Shown here piece after piece: positions 1-11,061 of a stretch of 64,000 nt of DNA; within the stretch, counting starts at the first letter, position 1; the number at the start of each line of letters is the position of its first letter. Location: NCBI GenBank assembly GCA_010909165.1, contig MU008173.1:744001-808000 (forward strand), in the 5' to 3' direction. Source of the stretch: Anthoceros angustus (taxonomy: Eukaryota; Plantae; Anthocerotophyta). The notes under the pieces are model-generated. The model saw nothing but the letters and a program-made list of their open reading frames with translations, had not been told where the DNA came from and searched no databases. The position numbers were made by a program, and so were the translations under genes.

Positions 1-192
1 GTCGCAAAAACAAGAGTACGTTGTTCCGGGACTTGGCGTTGCTGTATGACACAGTACATGCACTGGAAGTCGTGCATCTTAGATGGATGGGTCCCTGCTG
101 TGGTGCCGCAAGTGTTCGACAATGGATCCATACAAGCGAACTTGATGGATTTCGCTACAACTGTGGTCAATGGTTGGCGGAAGAAGTATTAA
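1..192 (+). pseudogene. Integrase C-terminus (GPY/F region) of the partial first unit
   Basis: Reads DLALLYD..HLRWMGP..VFDNGSI..VNGW..KKY across frameshifts; the same segment ends pol in the three complete units. Confidence 0.85.
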
Positions 193-1413
193 TAAGTTGG
201 CGGGACGCCAACAAATGAGAAGGGAGTATGTGGTGACCACATGGGTACTCGACCCCCCCAAAAGGAGTGTTTTTTTGTTTTGTGTTTAAGTTGTGAGAAT
301 CGTGTGGAGTTGGAATGTGAAGTAGGTTAGGAAATAAGAAAAGTCTACTAGAGCCTAGTAGGAGGAAGAGAGTCTAGTCCCGATCCCGGATGTAACCTTG
401 GAGGGTTCCGGCCGTAAGGGATGCTAGGGCCGCACAGACTCGGGATGACAAGAACCGACTGGAGCCTCGCTATGGTAGCAACCAAGTCGGAGTTATTTTC
501 CGATAAATCGAAAACCAATTGAGCAAATCATTGGAAATACAACGGAAGTAACGGGGGGTCCTAGCATTAAGTCCAACAAGGGAAGGAGGAATATTTGCGT
601 GAAGGCGCGAGCACCAAGCTCGGAGCGGGACGAGACCGAGCGAACGGGAAACGGGCGGGCACTGGAGTCGCGAGGAAGCGCGACGAGCGCAAGAAGGCAA
701 TCGTGGATGGCAGTCCGGATGCGGCGGAAGCAGAAGCAGGCGGGCGAGCGGCAGGCAGGCTAGGGGAGCCGGAGGCGAACGGCGAGGTGAGGAGCCCGGG
801 GCGCGTGGCGGGCAATCGGAAGCAAGCGCGAGCCTGGCGTGGTGGAATAATCGGGCCGAGCAGCTCGAGAAGGGCGGCGCCGTGCGCTGGCCGCAAGAAA
901 AGTGAGAGCGGGTGCGGGGTAAGGGGCCGAGAATTGCGAGGAAGAGGGTGGCGCAGGTAGGTGCTTGGTGGCACGCACCTAAGGGAGCTGCGGATTAAGG
1001 GCGAGACGCACTGTGTCACCGCTCAACCGGTTGGATACTGACTCACATATTTGAGGCGGAAGGCGATGAGCGAGCAAAGGCATGTTGATGAGGGAATTGG
1101 AGTAGGGTTCCAATTCCTGGTGGTGGTGCGCGCGTAGGTCTGTGCGTGTGGTCACGCGAGTCGTGTGGGGACACGGAGATCCAAGCCGAGGCAAGCGACA
1201 GCGTGATGTAGGAGGAGGTTGTGGATTCCACCGGAGAAAAATCGTGGCACGCCACCGTGGAGATGGGAGAGGTAGCGCCCCTAGGGGATCCTTCAGCGCT
1301 GGTAAGAAGAATTTCGGTGAGGAGTCGACCAAAAGGCGACAGAAAAGGCTTGTGGGAAGCATGGCGTGTAGCCGGACACTTTGTGAACTCTAGGCTCGCC
1401 AGTGACAAGGAGC

Positions 1414-3428
1414 ATGGGACCTAAGAAGAACACTCTGGCCATTGAGGCCATTACCATCGCCCAATGGCCCAACATGGGGCAATCGGAGAGTGAAAGCGGT
1501 CTTGGTGGCTACATCATCACTTGTCCTTCATGGACAAAAAGTGGTGCTACAAGAGTAGTTGGTTGGAATGTGCAGGCACATGAGGGAGAAGGCTGGGGAA
1601 GGCAACACCAACCCCGCACTGGAATATTCTTGTTCCAGTGCTGTGAGAGGCCAAGAGGAATGTGGTGGAATAATCATTGATCCTTTCGGAAGCCATCTCT
1701 CAAAAGTCGCAGGAGGCACCGCCATTGCTCCCACATTGTCTAGGGTGGAGAATGGGGTCACCAACAAGTTAGACCCCGAGTGGCCGGATTAGCCAGTGGA
1801 TCCTGCTCTCACTCACTAAGAAGCTAGAGCACATTCGACCATTTTCTTGTCTTTCTATGAGGTGGTGAGAGGGTCCAAGATAGATTGGGCTAGGATGTTC
1901 TATGACACAGATGCGTGGAGAGGGACCACTTGACCCTACCATCACCCAGCCCCTCAGCTCTATCTCCCTTCTTAATCCACATTTTGACCATGCCAAGTTC
2001 TTTGGAGGGATAGAGATGGTCTCACCTTCCATGCGGAGGCCGGTGTTTGAAAGAAGGAAGCCCAAAGAGGAGTCGAGGAAGAGGCCATCTAGTGGCACCG
2101 GGAGTGAAGATGAGAGAAGTCCAAGTGTCCATGAAGAGGAATGTGGCGCTGCTAAGGTCACCATTGCTAACGCAACCGGAGTTGCTAAGACCCCAACAGC
2201 ACCAAGAGAGGTCGGGGAGCAGGGACTCCAACCACCCTAGAGCCACAAGAGCACGACGGGAGCTCACGACAAAGACAAGGAAAGGCCAGGGCAGCACTGC
2301 TCAGGAGCCCGGGCGGGAAACCACACAGTCATGGAGGAATCGCCCAACCTTGGGCACGGCCGAGTGATCCGAGAAAGTCACACTACTGCTCAAGTGACCT
2401 CAAGTATACCCCGGAAGTGGTCGCAGGGAGAGTCGGGCCACAGATAGGAAGGAGGGAACCCATCCCGAAGGTTTGGGGCCTAACATCACCGCAAGAGTTG
2501 GTCTCAATGGCACGCACTAGGTGAGATGGAGGACGATAGCTGGGTCCTCTCTTGTTAGGTTTACAGCAGGGGGAAGCAACAGGGGAGCTAAAGGAGCTCG
2601 GAATGAAGAAGAAGGAGGTCTTGGAGGGACGCCTAGGTAGCATGGAAGTGGAAATTAGGAAGGTCCGAGAAGAGTTGCAGTAAGACCAAGGATCGAAACC
2701 TCATGGTTCAGCCTCCTGACGCAAAGCACCATAGGGGAGCTGCAGAATGTCATCTCGATGCGCAAGTTCAGCCGAAATCGGATGCCTCCGGGCGCTACAA
2801 GAAGGAGAGGACGAGGCAAGGAAAGGTTGGAAAGAGGCCAAGAGGGCTGTGGATTGCAAGGAGAGCCACCGTGGAAGATGCGGAGCCTCCCATGGAAGAA
2901 TCATTCGAGTTAGCAATGAGGAGGTTGCAAGCAACCGCAAGCCGGGCCGCTAGGAAGCAACAACCTGCACTGCTAAGGGAGCAACAGCTCCAAGACCACC
3001 AAGGAAGAAGGGGCAAAGAAGACCGTGGAGGAGGACAAAGCTGGGGGAGCGGTAAGCACCGCCTAAGAAGTCTAACTTCCCAATGGTGCATTAGATTGAG
3101 GGATGCTTATCAAGATAACCATGTGCCCGGATTCTCCTGGAGAGAAGATTGTCTCCGAAAGTTTATGTTGTTGTGGGCTGTGGGGACATGGAGGTACTTG
3201 ATCCATGCCTTGACGGCAATCGGATCCTACCTATGGGTTGGATTCTTAAGGAGGAAACTCACCGACCCATCCAGATTCAAGAGCTCACCGAGGAGGAGTA
3301 CTGCATGCGAGCACAAGAGAGAGAGGAGTCCAGCTGAGGAGGTGGAGATTTTATGGGAGAGATTGCCCAACCAGCCAAGAGGGAGGAGAGCAAGAGGAGA
3401 ACATGGAAGTGGCCTAGGAGGCCTGTGA
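1414..3428 (+). pseudogene. Extra ORF 3' of pol (env-position ORF), unit 0, frameshifted
   Basis: ATG GGA CCT AAG AAG at 1414; the ORF fragments between 1402 and 3428 recur in all four units; stop TGA at 3426-3428 lies in the first LTR bases. Confidence 0.7.
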
Positions 3429-4360
3429 GAGGTAATAGGGTAAGTGGCCCAATAGCTAAAGGCCCATGTGTTATGTAAATCTTATCCTCCTCATAGTGGA
3501 TAGAATAGATAGGCCTCTAGGATTGGTAGGCTAAGACCGATTGGCAACAAGCCGTGGGTGATCTATAAGAGGCACTCTGATGAAATGTAAGCAATGTTGG
3601 CCTAAAGTCTCGGTGTTTGGGGTGAGCACGGGGTTTGGGAGGGTTCCAGATCCAGGTAAGAAGCACCGCCCTCCGCCGGGGAGGAGAAGACTACTGTTGC
3701 CCATCCGTGTGGCCGATCCGCAAGAGTGGTGGAAAGCAAGGGAGGAGCCTGTGGTCTCCTTGGAGGGAGTCCTCAAGGTCAAGAGGAAGGGGGTGGAAGC
3801 CGGGGAGGTGTCCTTTTACCATTCTTGAGCTTGTCTAGTACTCACCGTGAAGTCAGGTCAAGGTGGAGAAAAGAAGACAAGCAGGAGAGCCTGTGTGTGA
3901 AAGAGAAGGCCGAGAGGAGGCAAGGAAGTCTCAAGTGCTACAAGAGTGAGAGGAGGGGGGGGGTTATGAGGAGCAGAATCTCGATTGGTGGATCTAACTT
4001 GTGGATGAGAGAGAGAGAGAGGAGAGATCCTTATCCACTTGGATCCCAAGTGGCCCACCTTCTATTAATAGCCGACTGATCCCAAGGTGGACCCCACTGC
4101 TAAAAATAGAGGGTGCGGTTAGCAACCGGGTCTGCTAAGGTAGCACAGGTCGCGTGGCTAAGATAGCCACAGTCCGAGTGTTGTTAGGATAGTAGCTGTC
4201 CGTGAATCGCTAGATGTTTGTGTGTCCGTGTTTGGTTGGATTGGCTATGTTTTGGTTGTCTTGACACGAAATCACTCCCTTGGGTAATCTCAAGTCTACA
4301 ACGATAAAGAGGGTAAATGTGGCCTCTTTGTGACCACTTGGTTTAGAAAATCACTCCACA
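3424..4360 (+). repeat. LTR 1 (~937 bp), shared between units 0 and 1
   Basis: TGTGAGAGG...AAATCACTCCACA, followed by TTT and the PBS; homologous to three other copies; contains a (GA)n tract. The 3' end is firm; the 5' end is inferred from the TGTG(G)AG/CTCCACA terminal inverted repeat. Confidence 0.85.
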
Positions 4361-4363
4361 TTT

Positions 4364-4382
4364 TGGCGCGCCGCTGTCGGGA
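4364..4382 (+). promoter_or_regulatory. Primer binding site, tRNA-Asp-like
   Basis: TGGCGCGCCGCTGTCGGGA 3 nt after the LTR. Consensus of three copies is TGGCGCCGCTGTCGGGA, versus the Athila tRNA-Asp PBS TGGCGCCGTTGCCGGGG (3 differences). Confidence 0.7.
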
Positions 4383-4459
4383 GTGTCATTGTTGTCAAGA
4401 CCTTAGAGTAGACTAACCTTGTCTAGTAGTGTATTGGGAGTCTTGAGTGTGATACATGG

Positions 4460-7400
4460 ATGCTACCCATTGAGTCCGAAAGTTCCGACCCAGTGAAGAG
4501 AAGACTCAAAGAAGAAGACAACGCTGCCGTGGAGCGGTGGGCGAAGGTCGCAGCATCGAGAGAGGAGAGCAGAGCAACGCATACCGGGAGGAGCCAAGAA
4601 GCAAGCAACAGCCGCCTAGGACTGACACATCCTTGTCTTGACCGCGGTCGAACTGTACTGAACTCAAGAACTTTTGACAGTAGCTAACAGAGATCTGCTT
4701 AGACCAACAACCGTTGGGATAGTGACGACCATGGCGACTTCAGCCTTTTGCAATAACTACTGCATACCCACCGTATGGAGAGAAGAAGGGTATGAAGATC
4801 CGAGAGTTTGTTGAACGCTTTGAGCAACTAACCATTGCAAATCAGAACTGGGATCTGCAGCGATTCACTCTTCTACGGAGTTCTTCGGAGGGCCAGCCAA
4901 GTGGTACAAGAGGGAGTACCTCAAGGCATCAAGACTCAAAGAACCTTCAACGAATCAAGAAAGCCTTTTGTGAGAGGTTCAGGGAATAGATGTAGAAGGC
5001 TACGTGTTGTCAAAGTTGGAGTTTTTGAGGAGAAGAAGGAAGGAGACCTTGCAAGCTTATGTTGAGAGGTTTCTTAACTTGCGGATCGTAGTGGTCCTCA
5101 CTGATTTACAGGGCCATTCGTGGTTGCTAAGGGGTTAGATCCGAGATGGGCCGACATGTGAGGTGCAAGCGGAGAAAGACGAGACAAGGCCATCAAGGCG
5201 GCACTCAACTACGAAGAATCCAACTCCTTGGACAAGAAGAAGCACAAGAAGGAAAAGAGCAAGAAGAAGAAGTCCAAGCGAGGGAAGAAGGACAAGGGAT
5301 CTTCGCCGGAGGAAGAATCGAGGAGAGTGACTCCTCTCAAGACTCGACTGGAGGACTCTTCCTGGAGGATGGCACGGAGGAAGAAACCCCAAGACGAGAC
5401 GCAGGAAGAAGAAGAAGGTTGATCGCTAAGAAGAAACCTCGAGGATCAAGGGAGCTGGCTGTAAACAAGAGGTCGCTAGTGCTAAGAAGGAAGTGGAACA
5501 AGTCAAGAGGAGGCTGAAGTCAGTCAAGAAGGTGCAACAAGAAGAAATGAAGATGGAGGAAATGATGAGCAAATTCGAGAAGTTTCACCTCAACGCGTGA
5601 AGGAGCATGAGAAGAGGAGAGAAGGCTCCAATGCTCACAACTGCTTTGCTTTGTGGCGCCTGTGCACACAAGTCCAACCGCCATGTGGCCAAGGTACACA
5701 TGCTCGCCACGAGGAGGAGGAAGAGGATCGCTGTGCTGGAGGGCGCTACCAGACCAGGAGGTTTCCTGACAACAAGATTCCAAGACTGTCCATCCGTCAT
5801 GCTGCGAATTCATGGGGCTGGCATTCGAATAACCAAGTGCCTGTGGTTCAACCAAGCAACGGGTGCGGCTCAAGGCAACTTGGGGTTTTGGTCATTATGC
5901 ACAATGCTCATGCCAGTCAAGAAGGAATGGTGATAGAACGGAGGTGCAAGACCGCAAAACAGAGTGGTCATGTAGCGGGAGGCACTGCCCAAATCTAAGG
6001 AAGAGCTCAATTGCTCAGAAGGAAGTGGAGTGAATCGCAAGGCCGAGAAAGAAGTTCAGAAAAGGGAGAGGAAACCGAGTTTCCACCGGACGCGCCCGGA
6101 AGTCATGGAGATGATAGAGGAGGAATTGACCAAGACAAATCCCGAGCTGTGATCTGGAGATCGCAGAAGTCCTCTCAGGTTAGCAACCGCCGTTAAGGCG
6201 GCGTTGTTAAGCAATCACCGACGTGTTGCTAAGGGAGCAACCGCGATCGTGGGAAGAAGGAGGGACCGATCGAGGACCATTTAACCTTGGAAGCCATCAT
6301 GGATCAGTTTGCTATTACGCTTGGTCAACTATTGAAGGACAACCAAGCAGTGCAACAAGTTCGGAGGCCTTGCAAGAGCGCAACCCAAGAGGAAGAGGCG
6401 ATTGCCCAAGCCAGACCAAGGGTGCTGACTCCAATCAACCTAGTGTCCATGATAGACCAAGGGCCGGAGCCGCAGCAGAGATCGGGCGCGTCATCAAGCG
6501 GGTTCCCTTGACACTGGATCCGGTGAACATCATGACAAGCAATAGTTGGACATTGAGCATACCACAGGTGCCGAGATTGACATGTCAAAAATGCACTGTG
6601 GAATCGAAGGAGTAACCACCATCATAGGGACCATTCCTATCTCATGGACTATGTGGTTATCCAAAGGCGCAGGCACGACATCCTATTGGGAAGGACCCGT
6701 ATGGCTCAAGATGCAAGATGACTTGGGGAGGAAGGAAGTGGCTTTTAAGCCAATGGATTGGGACCCCAAGACGAAGGAGGCGAATTTGTTTGAGTTGGAG
6801 CAGGATACCATGGGGGAGACTCCTACAGAACGGAAGGATACACATCGCTGGAGAAACATCCGACTGGAGGAAGAAGGAGGGAATCTGGACAAATTTCCTT
6901 TTGCACATATCGCATGGTCGGAGGAGGAGTATAGGAGGGATATCCCTTACTCCCTCAATTTGGTGGACCGCTTTGGTTCATGGAGGACCGTGATCAAGGA
7001 TGACAAGAACCGCCAGCACGAGGCGGTTAAGGAAGCAACAGATTCAACAAAGCGTTGCTAAGGAAGGGAAGGACGGCAACAGTCAAGAGGGTGAGCCGAG
7101 GATCATTCGATTCACCTCGAGGACCTATTTAGGAGTGGGGATGAGGGAAGAGGACCTCGTGAACCGGAGGAAGGGTTTGGTGAGAGTTCGACCCGTGGAG
7201 CGAGAATGGGTACAAGCGGACGAGATTAAGGATGTGGAGGTATTGCACGGAAGGTCAAGTTTGCACGATACTGGAACCAGCGTTGGAAGAAGGAATGAAA
7301 CAGACTCCTTCTGAGTTCATCGACGTGTTTGCCTCGAGGTGATGTGATATGAAGGGATTCCCAAGAAGTGGGGAGCATAGGATCGATTTGGAGCCGGAGC

Positions 7401-9790
7401 GACGAATCCCAATACAAGCTGAACCCAAAGTACTCAAGGTGAAGGAGCAGCTTGAATTGTACTTGAAGGCGACGCCATCTATCCAATCGTCAACACGGAG
7501 GGTGGTGGCTCTGGTTCCTAAGAAGCGACTGGAAAGATTCGAGTATGCCAAGAGGAGGAAGCTCAACAAAGCAACCAAGAAGGACCATTTCCTCCGCCAT
7601 TCATCGACAACATCCGGATTTGGTGGTCGGAAGATGTGTGTACTGCTCTTGACGGTACTGGTACAATCACCGCACTTGAGGGAGAGTGACGGCCTCTAAC
7701 AGCCTTCACAACGGATTGGGGACCTTCGCCACAAGAGGAGTGCTCGGATTGACGGGAGCGCTCGGTTCCTTCATGCGAGCATGGTTGAGATCTTCAAGGA
7801 GTATCTCCACAAGTTCATGGAGGTATTCCTAGATGATTTTGTGTGTTTGGGAGTGTGGAGGAGCACCGGATCACTTGCGGTGCTTGGAGGTGTCGTGAAA
7901 CTCAACTTTGCCTACATCCGAGAAATGCTACTTTGGCATGCGGAGGGATTTTGAGGCAATTTCAGACATCAAGTTGATCCGCATAAGGTGAAGATGATTG
8001 TTGCCCAAGCTCAACAACTCTCAAGGAACTCCGGGGTTCCTTGGCATGGTGGGCTACGACGCTTTGTGCCTAACTTTGCTAGGAGGGCTGCTCACGACCA
8101 CACTTGTTGAGGAAGGACCAAGAGTGGACCGACGGTGAGAGGAGGCAGCATTTCAAGATTTGAGGACCACGTTGGTACCCAACCCTCATGGAGAAGTTTC
8201 ATGTTTACGTGGATGTTTCCGCCGCCATTGGTACTCTTGAGCGGATAACAAGAAGAGAGGACTACCCGATCTACTACGGGACGGCAACTCACCGGCGCGG
8301 AGCGCAAGTACACAACAAGGGGAAGCCCTTGGCATGGTGTATTCGAAGAAAGTCATTATCTCCTCTCCTATGAGTTTGTGTTTCATGTTGACCATTTTGC
8401 TCTCAAGCATCTTGTCAACAAGGCGGACCTATCCTATAGCTCGTTGGATCTTCTTGTAAGAGTTCACCTTCACGGTGGAGACACGTGAGGAGGAAGCATG
8501 TGAATGACTACTTGTCTTGAAGACGGAGAAGGTGGAGCATGATCAAGAAGATCATTTTCGGATGAAGCTTTCTTGGAGGAGGATGAGGAGAGTGCTAGGC
8601 CCAATGCCAAGTTGATCGGAAACGGAGGTACGACCAAATGAGAAGGGAGGGAGAAGTTTTTCAGCCAGCCTATGAGGAGGTCTTTCGCTTTTAGCAACAG
8701 TCGATAATGTCTACACAACAGAGCAGAGGTTGTTATATACTTCCGCACTTGTTAAGCGCAGACAAGGTATGCAGGGCCGATGGAGTTGAGAGGTTGTGGG
8801 TCAAGGATGGTCAAAAGGACCGGGTTCTCGCCTTGCATGAGGAGGAGGCCGGAGGTCACTACGCCGCCAACGCTGACTGTAAGAAGATCTTGGAGGTGGT
8901 ATTGGTGGCCAACCTTGCAGATGCTAGGGAGTTCATCTGCCAGGTGATGCATGTCAAAGGGTTGAAGCCAACCAGGACCACACAAGGGCCATTGGTCCCT
9001 ATCCTAGCCTTGGCGCCTTTGAGAAGTGGGGATTGACTGCAATGATTCAACCCAAGACCAAGGGGAGAACCAATATATTCAGCAACGGACTCCCACCGCA
9101 TGGTGGAAGCTCAAGCTGCCTGTGGACACAAATGTGGTGGCGTTCTTGTTTGAGCATATCATCACAAGGTACTGGTGCATTGGAGTTGGTTAGCGTGGGT
9201 ACCCATTTCATCAACGAGGTGATCTCACACATGGTGAAGTACTTCAACATCAGCCACGGAAGACCACCTACAACCCCAAGGCGAATGGACTCACGGAGAA
9301 AGCTAATGGGTTGCTTTGCAGGATCCTCAACAAGTTAACCATCACTTACACTTACGATTGGGACCGGAAGCTTCACTGCCAGGGGCGAGGGAGAAGGTGA
9401 CCACACAATGACTCCCTACTACCTCACCTATGGGCACTTCACCACATGCCCATTGAGTTTGAAGTGCCAACGTTGAGAGTCCAAGAGCATAGAGGATGAC
9501 GGTGGAGGAGAGCCATTGGAGAGGCTCATAGGCTTTGTTCAGCACATGGAGAGTAGGGAACAAGCCTTGGCAATCCTGTAACGCCCAAGAGAAGAGGAAG
9601 GAATGGCATGACCAAGTTGCAAAAACAAGAGTACGTTGTTCGGGACTTGTCAGATGATAACAGTACATGCACTTCGGAAGTCGCATCTTAGATGGATGGG
9701 TCCTGCGCCGGTGTTTCGACAATGGATCCATACAACGAACTTGATGGACTCGCTACAACTGTCAATGGTTGGCGTGAAGAAGACCAATTG
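4460..9790 (+). pseudogene. gag-pol polyprotein, unit 1 (frameshifted)
   Basis: Gag (FVERFEQL..KKAFCERF), Lys/Ser/Glu-rich tract, zinc knuckles, protease gacactggatcc (DTGS, ~6510), RT (RKLNKATKKDHF; YLHKFMEVFLDDF ~7800-7840), RNase H, integrase (GGHYAAN; WGID; GTHFINEV; PKANG). Confidence 0.9.
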
Positions 9791-11061
9791 GCGGGACGCC
9801 AACAAATGAGAAGGGGATGTGGTGACCACATGGGTACTAGACCCCTAAAAGGAGTGTTTTTTTGTTTTGTGTTAAGTTGTGAGAATCGTGTGGAGTTGGA
9901 ATGTGAAGTAGGTTAGGAAATAAGAAAAGTCTACTAGAGCCTAGTAGGAGGAAGAGAGTCTAGTCACGATCCCGACAACCTCGGAGGGTTGGTCGCTCGG
10001 CCGGTTGTTAACACGGATGCTAGGGCCGCTAACAGACTATATGACAAAGAATCGACGGGAGCCCGCTTATGGTAGCAACCAAGTCGGAGTTATTTTCCGA
10101 TAAATTCGGAAAACCTAATTGAAAATCAAAAATATTCAACGAAGTAACGCTCCTAGTAGCAATTAAGTCCCGGAGGAGGAATATTGCAAAGAAGGCAAGC
10201 GGAGCGGCGCCACGCCTCAAGCTCGAGCGCGTGACGAGACCGGCGGCGACAGGGCGGCATGGCGGAGTCATGCACGGGCCAGGAGAAGGCCGAATCGTGA
10301 GTGGCGTCCGGGATGCGGTGTGATTGGAAGCGGGTAGAAGGCGGGTTGAGCGGTGACAAACTCTGCAGTGGGGAGCCGAGGCGCGAACGGCGATTGGTGA
10401 GGAAGCTCAAGACGCGCATGGCGGCAAGAATCGGAAGCAAGGGTTAGCACCAAATCGCAGGGTGGGAATAATCGGCAGCCCCGAAGACAGGGCGGCTCAA
10501 GGCGACGGCCGGGTACCGCAAGAACTGAGTGGGATCGAAGAGTAAGGCGGGGGCCAGGAATGCCAGGGAAAGAGGGGCGCGCACGGTAGGTGCAATGGCG
10601 CACCCTAAGGGAGCCGCGGATTAAAGGCGAAGCGCACTGTGGGGGTCACCGCAACCTGGTTGCATTCCCCGCCCTCACATATTTGAGGGGCGAATTGGCT
10701 TGAGCGAGCAGCGGCATGTTGATGGTGGTGGAATAGGGTTCCAATGTGGTGGTGCAGAATCGACGGCCAGCTCGCAATCGAGTGGGTGGTCGACGCCTGT
10801 GTCGGGGACACGAGATACCGAGGGGCAAGGCAAGACAGTGATGTAGGAGGGAGGTTGGTGGATTCAGAGAAAAATCGGGCACTCGCCACGTGAGATGGGA
10901 AGAGCCGAGCTGGACCTAGGGGATCCTTCACCAAGCGGCTAAGAAGAAATTTCGGTGAGGAGTCGACAAAAAGGACACCCCATGTGAAGGCTTGTAAGCA
11001 CCGCAGTGGCGTGTAGCCGGACACTTTACTCAGAACTCTAGGCTCGGCCAGGACAAGGAGC

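Noticed and set aside
361-400. Alternative LTR start at TGTAAC after GGAGGAAGAGAG
   Set aside because: TGTAAC is present in only two of four copies, has no inverted match to the CTCCACA end, and would put the 2 kb ORF inside the LTR.
567-1362. Antisense ORFs of 120-190 aa in the GC-rich spacer, with counterparts in each unit
   Set aside because: They recur only because the DNA is repeated; frames and lengths differ between copies; Pro/Arg/Ser-rich with no domain.
9600-9920. Chromodomain or additional RNase H in the gypsy element
   Set aside because: Integrase stops shortly after the GPY/F motif and no second RNase H motif is visible.
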